Positions 9,842 to 21,400 of a stretch of DNA of 64,000 nt are shown one piece after another; within the stretch, counting starts at the first letter, position 1, and each line of letters opens with the position of its first letter. Origin of the DNA: Bilabrum cf. latius (taxonomy: Eukaryota). Made by a program: the position numbers and the translations under genes. The stretch is taken from the NCBI GenBank assembly GCA_965178125.1, contig OZ237738.1, positions 1,364,001 through 1,428,000 of the forward strand. Direction: 5' to 3'. The notes under the pieces are model-generated. The model worked only from the letters and a program-made list of their open reading frames with translations. It ran no database searches and was not told the DNA's origin.

Positions 9842-12800
9842 TCAAGCCAGCTGCACGAGCCACCCCGCTGCAGCCGCGACATCGAGCGAAATCCCACCCA
9901 CAGACTCGGAATGGGAAACCCTTTCGACATGTGCAGGTCGACTTACCCGTGACAATTCAGCCGCCGAGGGTAGCTGAGCCGACAGGGTCGAGGCACGCAA
10001 TCGCTTCGGACCTGCACCAGCAGTGCTCGCGCGCAGGCTCACGCTCTGCGAACGACAGCTCCTGGGCTCCTCGGTTGACCTCCTGGCTGATCCCGACGCG
10101 GACGAGCCGCAGGTACCGCTGCCATTGGCCGCAGCTACGTTGGCATGCGGCTCCTGCCGCCAAGAGTGGCACGCCCCTGAGCCCAGCCCCGAAACCCTCC
10201 TGCTCCTCGCAGGCTGGATCCACCCTTGCCCCGGCCCCTGCCCCGGCCCCTGCCCCTGCCCCTGCCCCGGCCCTGGCCCCGCCCCCCCGGGACTCGCACC
10301 CGCGCTCGCCAGCTCCTCCGCAGAAAACTCCGCCACTGAAACAGCCCCGTCAGCAGGCCCACTCCCCCAGCTGCCCGGCACCTCCGCCGTGGACTCCGAC
10401 CGCACGCTGCCCGCCTAGGGCGAGGCAGCACCACTGCCACTGCCACAGCCCACCCTCCTGCGGTTCGCGTCCCGCTCGTCCAACACGTGGGGTCGACCCT
10501 CTCGGATCAAGCTGCGGACCGCGTCGGGACTAAGCGCGGCTGCTGGTGGCGACAGTCCGCTAGTACGCTCGCGCCAGGGGGATGCAGGCCGGCTCACGGG
10601 TGGTGACCCGCTCTTGGGCTGCAGCCGTGCGAGGGCGCCGTGCACGAGGACTGAATCAGACGCGTCGCCGTTCAGCTGAGACGAATACAGCGACTAATGC
10701 TGCTGTTGCTGCGACTTCTGGCGGCTGCCGCTGCCAGATGGCTGCGGGTTGCTAGAAGAGGACGATGAAGACGAGGAGGCTGATGACGACGAGGACGAAG
10801 AGGACGGTACCCCTCCGCCTAACGATGATGACCCGCCGCCCGCCGCACCCCCCGCTCCCGGGTCGCGGTCGTCATCGCCATTCCTGGTGTTGCCAAGGCC
10901 AGCAGCATCGCCGGCATTCGCGCCCGAGGAGGACGACTGCCTCTTGCTGCCCCTCCCCTTCCCCTTCCCCTCGCCCTCGCTCTCGTCCTCCTTGGGCCGG
11001 TCCTTCCCATCAAGCACCAGCTCGTCGTCGTTTAAATCCAATCCCATGACAGACACCCGCTCCCTGTGGTCTGGAGTGGCTAGGGAGGAGCTAGAGTCCC
11101 CGTCACCAGCCCCAGTAGCCGCGCCTGCACCCGCACCCCGCTGGCCAGCACCCGCACCTCCATTGCTGCGCGAACCGCTGCCGGCGGCAACCGACCTGCC
11201 CGGCAACGAAGACGGCCCCTCACCAGACGCCACACTGCCGCTACCGCTTCCGGAGCTGGCACTCGGGCCCCTGACTACTTCAGCGGAGGGCGACCCCGCG
11301 GGCTCGCGACCATCTGGTGACCCGCCATCGTGACCCGCGGACGCGAGCGGGCTCAGCGCCCGCATCGCCTCCTCGTTGCTCTTGGCGGCTCCCCCGCTCA
11401 GATGGGTGCTCACGACGTGACGAGTGCCGGCCAGGTCCGCGGCACGACCCGCCTCAGCATGCGCCATCTCACTCTGCATTGGCGGCTGCTGCTGCTGCCG
11501 CTGGCCAGCCAGTGTCCCGGCAAAAGTTGATGCCGATGCAGCCGTTACTGGTGCGCTGGCCAGAGCGTCGATGGTGCCCTGCACCCCCTGCGCTCCGTGT
11601 GCGCTCCAGTGCAGCGCCCCCCCCCCCCGCTGCTGCTGCTGCTGGCGCTGCTGCTGCTGCTGCTGGTCCTGGAGCAGCTCCTGGAAGGAGGCGGAGGACG
11701 CTTCCTTGTGCAGGAAGCTGAAGGCTGCGTCTGCCTCCGACCTGACGCTGAGGCCGTTCATCTTCATCTTCATCTCGGGGTCGGATGCGCTGCTGCCGCC
11801 GCTCGCCTGCCCCTGCCCCGGCCCCGGCCCATGGCCCGCACTTTCCGACCTGGCCTTCTTTACCGGGCTGGCACCGCCCCCGCTGCTGCTCCCCCTCTTT
11901 CGCTTGTTCCCTGGAGCCAGTGGTCCGTTGCTGCTGTCGCTGTTCGCCCCGCTCGCGTCCGTGCTGTTCCCCTTGGGCGTGTCCTCGCCCAATCTCGAGG
12001 CTACGGTGCCGGCCCCAGCGCCCCCGAGGCTAGAGCTGCTGCTGATGGCCAGGCTGCTGCCGATAGAAGCCCGGTTGCCCCCGCCCGCGCCCCCCTTGAC
12101 GTCCATCGCCTCGGCCTTCTCCGCGCTCTCCGCCAGCGACAGCAAGCTAGCGGGTCTGACCAGCCCCCGGGAGGAGCTGGAGGGGGACGAGGCGGGCGGG
12201 GCGCTGACTCCCGGGGGCATCCTTAGCTGCGCGGCGTAGGCGGACGAGACGTTGCCTGTCCTGGTGCTCCCCCCTCCTCCTTTCCCTCCTCCTGCCCTCC
12301 CCCCTCCGCTGGTGGGAGAAGGGATCGAAGCAGCAGGAGACACCCCCGGAGGCATCGACACCTGCTGATGCTGCCCTCCACCCGCCAGCCCGCTGCCCAG
12401 CCCTAGCGCTGTGCTGATCGCGCTTGCCCCGCCTTTGCCTCCCGGCCCGTTTCTGTTCCCGTCCCCGCCTGTGAGGCCGCCCTTGCTGCCCCCGCCACCG
12501 CGATCATCATCATTCCCAGCGCTTAGACTGCTCAGCAGGTTGTCAAGCCGCGTCGACTGGCTGAACTGAAGGCCAGAAAAGCTGCTGTTGGAGGCGTTGC
12601 GTGGGATGGAGGACGACGAGGAGGACGAGGACACGGGAGCTGCAGACGACGATGCCCCAACACCCAGGCCGCCACCCATCGTTCCACGGACGCCCGCAGA
12701 CCCGGTCCCGGAATTAGCAGACGACCCGGAGCCACTCACCGGGGCCAGTCCAAACCCGGGAACACCCACCGTGAAGCTACCCCCACGTCCCACCGCGGCG

Positions 12801-14485
12801 CCGGTTCCGCTGCCTCCGAGGGACAGGCTCAGGCTCGGCGACAAGCCAGCCGAGCCTAGAATGGGCGACCCGGCGCCCCCGCCCGAATTGTTCCCTGAGG
12901 GAGACACGTCCTGATGCAGGGCGGCGGCCATGCCCAGCGTGGCCAGCCCGATCCCCGTGCCCATCCCCACGCTCACCCCGCCAAGGAAGCCCCCGCCGCC
13001 GCCACCCAGACCACCCAGAGACGAGTCCGAGGAGCCATCGGGCCGCCGCTGCCTGCCCGGCGGCGGCGGCGGCGGAGGCCCACCGAACCCGGCGCTGTGG
13101 TCAGCAAGGAAGCTCTGCTGGTAGGCGGAAGCCAGCGAATCTAAGGGAACGTTCTCTCTGGGGGAACCATCGGGGGCGTAGGGGTCCTCTGTCCCCGCAA
13201 AGGCCAGGTCGATCGCGCTCCCGCCCCGTGCCCCCCCGCGCCCGCGCCCAGACGCGCCCCCGCCCCGGCCTCCCTTGGCCCCGCCGTTCCGCTTCTTGGC
13301 CGCGCTGCTTGAGGTCCTCCGCTTGGAGCGCGACCCTCCGTCTATGCTCTGCTGCACTCGCTGCAGAAACGCGACCGCCAGTTCCTTGCGCCGCTCCTTG
13401 GCCTTGAGCGCAGCATCGCTGCCACGGTTGGCAAACGCCTGCTGCTACTTCTTCTAGAAATCAGACTGCGACAGAGAGTTGCGCAAGGCCCCAAAGGCAC
13501 GGGTATGGAGGCAAAACACTGGCGGGAGGCCAGCCTTCGATGCACAGCAGTACCAAACACTGGACAAGCGTGCAGATAGCGGGGAAAATCGTCCTCATCA
13601 TTGGGAAATCAGGTGCTGCTATGCCGCGTACCAATCAAAACACCACGGGACGCAGCGTGCTGCGACCGAAATGGCAGCAACACTCGGACACCAGCTGCAA
13701 CTGCAAGAGCAACTCTCGAAAGAGTGCACATATTGCATCGCAAACAGGGAGTGGTGCAGCCGCAAAGGCGCCCCATGCATGAGAATATGCTATGATCCGC
13801 CCAACGGCACCGCAGCGCGTCGCCGCTAGTGTCCGAGGTCACCGATCGGTATGTTTCTGAAAGACGAACGCTCCAGCTCTGTTTCGTCGCTTGACAGAGC
13901 AACATGTCCCACTGCTGGCCATAGAAGCGGTTTATTTGCACTGTTCCACCGTCATTCGCCACACCGCAATAGAAATTATGCAATACCAAACAGATCTACT
14001 TGGATGGCCCACGTGAAATCGCGCAAGCACGTCCGACTTGCGCCGGTAGATCGTTCGAACTGCCATGACGCGCCTACACCACGCCGATGGAGGAGTCTCA
14101 CCTTACGAATAGACAGAGTTCTGTTATATTTTTTAGTGACGCGCATTGGATCCACATAGAGCGCGGCCGCAAGGTACTCTCGGAGCGAGAGGCCGCCTGG
14201 CAGCATAAACAGGCCAGACTGCCAGTCTTCAACTACCTGCGAAGCGTAGGCAGTTTCCTCTGGACTCCACTTCCCCTTCCTTCGTTCACTGCCAGTGAGT
14301 ACTGCATATGCATCTGGGTACATCTGGGGTCCGCCTGCCTCCTTCATCTCCGCCAAAGCTGGGGTGTTGTGCTGCGTGTATTGCTGGCTAGCATCACCAT
14401 CGCCCGACGTCACGCCGCCCCTACCAGCATCATCTAATCCACCTGATGGTTCATACCTGTCAGGACGAACTCTGCGAGTATTCAT
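9842..14485 (-). CDS. Putative transcription regulator: N-terminal Myb-like domain plus a long Gly/Ser/Gln low-complexity region; exon structure in 13466-14101 uncertain
   Basis: RKGKWSPEETAY...LREYLAAALYVDPMRVTKKY in the first exon; donor GTGAG at 14101 and likely acceptor CGCAG near 13466. ORFs 10694-13357, 10415-10645 and 9842-10405 share one frame, with TAG at 13454, 13445, 10694 and 10415; TGA stop at 9842. Confidence 0.6.
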
Positions 14486-14657
14486 TCGGATGGTCGCTTC
14501 GGCAGCCGATGCTGCAGATGGACTTTGCCTCGGTTGCAGTTGCACCTGGGGACGGGCGGCCCTGGTCGAAAATCATATTTGCCATCTAAATACACGTTAC
14601 CATTTTCAAAGTATCCGGAATCCGGATGCCTGACGCACTTGGAGGGATCGGTACGAA

Positions 14658-17179
14658 ATGGACCAAGCTGTCTTTGCGGCTGCAGCTGTCTCTACTGCTG
14701 TGCTTCTAACCATGCGGCGGGGAGCGGCGATTCGCTTCATGATCGGAAAGTGGCGAGGCCCAAACCCTAGCACCACCGCAACCGAAGCTGCTCTTACCCG
14801 TCGCTTTTTCCGGGATTCTTTCAAAGCACGCTTGGACCGCAGCCGAGCCTTTAGCAAAGCATCTGCTCGCATTGTGTCGTACAACGTCCTGGCAGACGGT
14901 CCGTACTATGCGCTATCAGCGTAAGAAGTAGGCTTTCGTTCAAATGTCGGCAGAAATGCATCGAGGCCCTGTCCAGCAGGCACGTGAATGCAGTTTATCG
15001 CGATTTCGTATTGCGCAGTCAGGGCCAGTACTGTCCGCCGGACCTTGTTGCTGCCGCCTCGAGATACCCGCGCGTTCTCAGGGAAATTTCATGGTATAAT
15101 TCGGATTTGCTCACCCTACAGGAGGTCCAGACGCCGTTCTTGCACCACTGGCTCGCTAAGCTATACTCTGCTTAGATAATGGACAGCAAAATGGCGCCCG
15201 GTTCCAGCGTCCCGGACACGGCAGAGTCGTGCGAGGACCATGGGGCGAGCAAGTTCACTCGAAGCGACTTCCTCCCCGAGCCTCCTCAGGCTGCTGGTGC
15301 TGCTGGTGCTGCTGGTGTTGCTGGTGCTGCTGCCGCCACGGGCAGGGAAGACGTGCCGCAATCCGAGGCGCAGCCATCTCTATCCGGTTCACAATCCGCC
15401 GGCCCAAGCTCCACCCTAAGCTCCAGCACGAGCCTGCTGGTGTACAACCCCCGGGTGGCCATGCCAGTGGACCCAAAGGACGAGGCCCTTGCTGCCTCGC
15501 TCACCCACTCCCCCCTGCAGCACGTAGCGCCAAAGGGCGGTGCAGCAGGAGGTCGCAAGGACAAAAAACCGAAGGGTAAATCTGGGTTCAATCCTCTGGC
15601 CACCAACGGCGATGCCACGGTGGTCCGAGGCGAGCTGGAGGTGGTACGGGGGGCCGTCGTGTCTTTCCACGCTGTAGTGTCCGCGCTGGCAGAGTGCAGC
15701 CCACTGCAGCGCGCTCTGGCTCTGCACGGGCCGGAGGGTGCGGAGTTCCACCGGGCGTTGCAGGAAGAGGAGGAGCAGCAGGCCCATCAGGAGGAGGGGA
15801 ACGAGAAGGAAGAACAAGCGAGTGGGCCATCACCGGCGGGCCCCGCCACCATGGCAGGTACGCGAGTGGCGGAGACGCTGCGCACGGTGCGGGCCAGGAA
15901 GGACGGTGCGGTAGTGGTGCTTGCCAGGCACAAAGCCAGTGGCAGGCTGCTCCTGTCTGCGCAGTCCCACCTCTACTACCACCCGTCCAAGCCGCACGCA
16001 AAGGCCATGCAGGCGTGGTGCATGGCCATGGGGGCCAGGGCGCTAGCCTCCTCCTTGGGGCTTCAGGTGGATGACTCAAGCCAGGATCGGATCAAAGGGG
16101 GCGGCCAAACCGGTGGTAGATCGGATCCTTGGCAGGCGGTGGAAGAGGCCTGGGATGCCGTGGCGGCCAAGGTGGCCAAACGCGTCGGGCTGCCTGGTGA
16201 AAGCGGTGGTGCCCTTGGTCCGGGGTCAGGATCGGGCTCAGATCCCCGTCGCAGTGCTAGTGCCGGGGCCAGTGCTGATGGACAGAGCAAGATTCCCCTG
16301 GTCATCTCGGGCGATCTGAACAGTTTCGCGGGCAAGTTCGCCCACCAGCTCGAGCGAAAGTTCGACACAGCGGACCCAGAGGAGTGCGCGGCATTCCGAG
16401 CCGCTGCAGAGGCGAGCGTGACGAGTGCGAACCGAGGTGATGGCGGTGGCGGTGACGATGAATCGGGTGCGAAACAGGCCGGCAAAGCCCTGTGCGGGTC
16501 CGAGGTCGAGCACAGTGAGAGAGTGATGGGTGCACCGCACTGCAGCGGCTCCTCCCGCGCGGAGCTGGACCTGAGTGGCGCTGTTCCCTCCGGGGTGTAC
16601 CGGCTTAACGTGGATGGGGTGCTGCCCTGGTGGGACGCAGACCATCCGAACAGGCGCATGGGCTGCACGGCGGGGGAAGGGGGCGCGGTGGCGGTTCGGT
16701 AGCTGCCCGAGGCCGAGGCCGAGGCCGTGGGGCAGGGCGAGGGCAGGGCTGGCTCTAGTGGGCGCGACTCTGTGCCCTAGGAGGCGCGGGAGGCGAGCAT
16801 GAGGCGGTTGCGGGCAATCCAGAGTGGTGCCGCCGATGAGATCGCGGCTCGCCCCGGGTCCGCTGCCCCCTCCATCGTGCTGCCCGTAGCCCCGCTTCGG
16901 AGTGCCTACGCCCTTGGTCGGGGCAGAGACCCGCCGGTGACCACCAAAACTACGACATTTTAGGGGGCACTGGATCATCTGTTCGTGAGCGGGGCGGTGC
17001 AGGTCGAGCGAACTCTTGACGTGCCCGTGCGACCAAGCCAGGCAGGTGCTTCAAGCGATGCCGCCGCCGGCGATTGGCGCCGAGGGGTGCAAGCACCGAC
17101 GGATGCCGAGCTGCCGCCCATCCCAAACCATGTATGGGGCTCGGACCACCTGGCAGTGGGGGCTGACATTCGTTTCTAA
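14658..17179 (+). CDS. Endonuclease/exonuclease/phosphatase family protein (CCR4/PDE12/Angel-like); intron 14921-15018
   Basis: Family motifs in order: RIVSYNVLA, LLTLQEV, SHLYYHP, VISGDLNS, LRSAY, TTTF*GALDHLF, WGSDHLAV. In-frame TAG at 15173, 16700, 16778 and 16961; TAA stop 17177-17179. Confidence 0.85.
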
Positions 17180-17331
17180 GTAGGAGCGCGGCACGATTGA
17201 TCCCGAGGAGATCGCTCCGAGTCTTTGGGCCTGTGATCACGATGTTGTGTTGCACAGATAGGCAAACGAATTGCGATTGATAGATCTATTGCGAATATTG
17301 TAAATTGCTTTGTGCGAACTTGACCATCAAA

Positions 17332-18258
17332 ATGGAAGCAAGCGCTGGGCCGTTCGCACCAGCTGCAAAAGCTCTGAACCGAGCGCAGTTCGCAGCGATG
17401 CTGCCGATGGATTAGACGACTTTGCCAAGCGGCGCGAAGTGGCCAAACTCATTTATGGCGTCAAGCGTTGCTCTTCTGGCCGGTAATATAGAGCCGAGCT
17501 CTCTGGATTTGACTGTAGTGCTGCCCACAGGTGCTTATCAAGCTCTAGTGGAAGCAGGTGACCTCGCTCGAATAGCTGATGACGCCGCCCTGTGCATACC
17601 TCCAGAGGGCATTGCAAGCAAAATGGTAGCCATGTTAGATCAATCGAGAATCATCACAACGGGTTCGAGTGCGGCCTCGGCAAGTGCGGTGTCCAAGATG
17701 CCCATTTTGGAGATTCCAATTAACCGAAGCTGCCCCACGGAGCTGCAATTTAGTACTGAGACGAAGGATATTGTGCGTGTTGTGTCTACTCTACCGATTT
17801 AGATGGGGACCCAGGCAGGCATCGCTTCGATACCTACCGACGGCGGCGAGGTAGATTCTGGAAGGGTTGCGGGTGGCAAGAGCCCCAGGACAGATGGCTC
17901 CCCGCGACGAACGTCCCCCTCGAAACGGCCACGCGTCGGTATACCCGGAAAACAAGCTGTCTCGCCATCTTCGACTGGCGCAAACGGCTTGGACGCGACC
18001 CGTGGTAGCTACGGCGGGGCATCCAGTGGAGCGGGCAGCGGCACTCCACACACGGCACTGCTTGCGCAATCGGCGAGCCAGTCGGCGTCTTCATCCAGCA
18101 TGTTTTCATCATCATCACCATCCCGCGCAGCTGGCACAGGCACAGGCACGGGCACAGGCGGTACCTCGGTCCCTGCGGCTGCGTCCGCCGGGCCAACCAA
18201 GCCGCAGGTCCTCCACATCAGAAAGAAGAAAAAGAAAGGAAGGAAGAGGTTTGGGTGA
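17332..18258 (+). CDS. Hypothetical protein, ~308 aa, with a basic NLS-like C-terminus
   Basis: One frame from ATG 17332 through TAG 17413 and 17800 to TGA 18256-18258; ends RKKKKKGRKRFG. No domain recognised. Confidence 0.55.
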
Positions 18259-18446
18259 CTGCTGCAGTCGAGAAACGTGCACATGCATTACACTATACGT
18301 TGCAGATGACTGCCAAACTCATGTCTTCGCGCGTGCCACACACCCGTACATTCACACTCGCAGGCGCAGACCTGCCATCCTCATCCACTGGTGCACGCAC
18401 GCATCCATCCATCCATTCATTGCCGCACTCGCCCATGCTCCCTTCC

Positions 18447-21400
18447 TCACAGCTGGCTAGCTCCTGCGCTGCCTCCGTCTCCCGCCGCCGAGCCAGACTC
18501 TGAACCCGGCGCTGGAACGTCGATCGTTGGCGGCTAGAAGCCACCTGTACCACGCGTGTCCTGAGTGTGGGCCTGGGAGTTCGGTTGGGCCTGGGCCTGC
18601 AACCCACCGGCAAGCGTTGCCGCACTCGCGTGCAATGCACCTGACGGGTCAGCCCTACTTCCCTCTGGTCCGACTTGCCCTTGCACCGAGCGAGGCACGC
18701 TGCTATTGCTATTGCTGTTGCTGTTGCTGACGGCCACATGCCCGCCACCTCCAGGCACCACGAATTGGGCCTAGTGCTGTGGCAGCTGCACTTGCTGCTG
18801 CGCCTGGAGTGGATGCTGCAGCGGGGAGGGCGCATACCCGTAAAGCCCCTGCGAGCCAGCTTGTTGCATGGGGAGTGTGGCTCCCGGCCCGAAGACCGGC
18901 GACCCCGGGTTGGGATGGTGGGGCTGGTACCGGTACTGCTGCGCAGCACCATGCAATGCACCGGGTCCCGCGGTTGGGTGCTATCCAAACAGCTGCATCG
19001 CAACGGCAGCTGGGGGTGGCTGCCCCTGGAGGACAGGCGTTCCGATGGATCCACCCGGCACTGGCGGAATTAAGCCTGCTGCGCTTCCGCCGCTTCCGCT
19101 GGCGGGGCTCCCAGCGGGACTCGGCATGGAAGGGGCCCCTGTAGAAAAAGGAGCAGCGGGCATGACTGGTGTGCCCTGTGCGGGGGACACAGCGTGCCCC
19201 TGCCAGCCGAGCACGTGCTGCTGTGGGGTGCCAAACGGAGGCTGCTGGTACACCGGCTGCTGTTGTTGCGGCTGATAAGGGGCGTGTTGCATTGCGACGG
19301 GGACTCCTCCAGTCGATGTTCCCTGCGTCAAGCAAGCTCGGATCCCAGCCACTGCTCCCACCACAAGCAGGGTGGCAAGCACGCCCGCCCCTGCAGCAGC
19401 CCCCACCTCCAGCCTCCACTGCAGCAGCTCCACCTGCTCCTGCGCGGCCTTGGCTTGCCGCTCTGCCTGCCTCACCCTCTGTTTCAGGTCGCCTACATCA
19501 TCTTTGAACCCATAGGCCATCAACATAATCTAGCTTAGACCGCTCTTCAGCTCGTAGGCTACGCTATCTGACAGGTCCAACACAGTCGAGGCACTCCTGC
19601 TGCCCGAGTCACCCCCGCTTTCGCCCTCGCTACGACTGCTGGAACCGTCCCCTCCGTGCCTTTGATCGCGACTTCTTGCGTAGGCGGGCGACGCAGAACC
19701 GCCACGATGAAATCGATCGCGCGCCGCGTGTCCACTGCCAGCACTGCAACCAAGCTGGTCGCACACAGCCTATGTGCCGCTGCCGTCGCCGCGAGTGCCA
19801 CCGCTCAGCAGCACGACCCCGGAGTCAGATGCAGCCGCAGTCTGGTCCAGCAGCTGCGCTGCGGTGGCAGCAGACAGCTTTCCGATCGCCCCCACCAGCC
19901 GCCTCGGCCACTCTTCTACCTGGGCCTGCCAATCAGACGTGTCAATCATGCTGGGCACCTTGCCAGAGCTGCTCAATATTTGGTCATGACCCACTGTGCC
20001 GTTCCGATAGCGATGGCGATGCCTGGCAGCTCTGGGCGAGCAGCCGGTCCTACCAGCATCCAGAGCTTCGCCCGAAGCAAGCACCTCTGTCGCATTCGAT
20101 GCGTCGAAACGATCGCACCGATCCCGCCCGTGCAGCTCCCACGGCCTGTCCGTTGCACGGGCGCCTGTGCCCCCCTCTCGAACCCCTGTGCCCCCCTCTC
20201 GAACTCCTGTGCCCCCCTCTCGAACCCCCCCTGCCACGGTAGGATGCCCGAGCATGCGAGTGCCAGCGGCTGCGGCGGCCTCCGCTTGAGATCTCGCTAG
20301 CCAGTCGACGCACAGGCCACCGGAGCACTGCAAGGCACTTGCCTGGGCCTCCAGGGACACCAGCAAGGCTTCCACAAAGGCGATAGAGCTCGCAAGCGAG
20401 GTGCCGTCAAGCTCACTCCCAGCCATCGTTCCGTTCGCGGACCCCCACGGCGCGTTTGAAGCATCGCCATTCCTGCCCGCACCACGAGTTTGTTCCCTGT
20501 CCAGTTCCCTGGCCTTGCGCGCCTCCTCGAGCGCGTCCACCCTTCCAATCAGCGAGAGCTGGGACTCGAGCACGCCGGACAGTTGCAGCCGCATCGACTT
20601 GGCCAGCGTCTCCAAGTTCCGAATCTTGGCGCGACTAGACTTGAGCTCTCGCACTGCAGTGTCCTGCAGCCGCTAGACGTACCTGTACAGCGTCACGTGG
20701 TCCTTTTGCAGGGCAGTGATGCGGGAGAGCAGGGGGCGCCACGGGCTGTCCCCCTTCTTGACCTGGTATGCCTTTGAGTCTGCCCTCATGTTGTACAAGG
20801 GAATTCGCCGTAGCTTATCCAGCGGTACTGGGTTGGGTGCGCTCACCTGTCCAGGGGAGGCTGTTCGGTTGGCAGGGCCTCTGGTGCGGTTCGATGGCTT
20901 GCTTGTCACCGTACCACCAGCGGGGGATGGACTACCACCACCAGCAGTGGCGTGGTGCAACAGTGCAGCTTGCTTGGCTGGGAATCGACGGGCAGTGGTG
21001 TTAGTGCCGGTGCTGTTACTGGTCTACCCACTGACATCCACGCCCGCGCCAACTGCCGCAGAGCCGTCAGGGCCGGCAGAGCTCGTGTTGGTCGATGCAG
21101 GGCCCTTAGGCTGATCTGAGGGCACCACACCCTGCTCAGCTTGCGTTTCTTGCACATGTGCGCTACCACTCAAATGCGTGGGGGTTGCATTGAGTCCCTC
21201 CATGGTGTCATTCGATGCCAGTGTCTGGTTGGAGCTCTCGGATTCAGGGCTCCCAGGCGAGGCACCTTGTCCTAGGCCGCTGTTCGGATCTGGCTCTCTT
21301 GCTGTTGAAGAGCTGTAGTTCTTGCTCTAGTTCAAGTCAACAAGACCTGCCTCATCTGCGCTACCTGGTATTCGACTCAGCACGGGCTCCATTGATCGAG

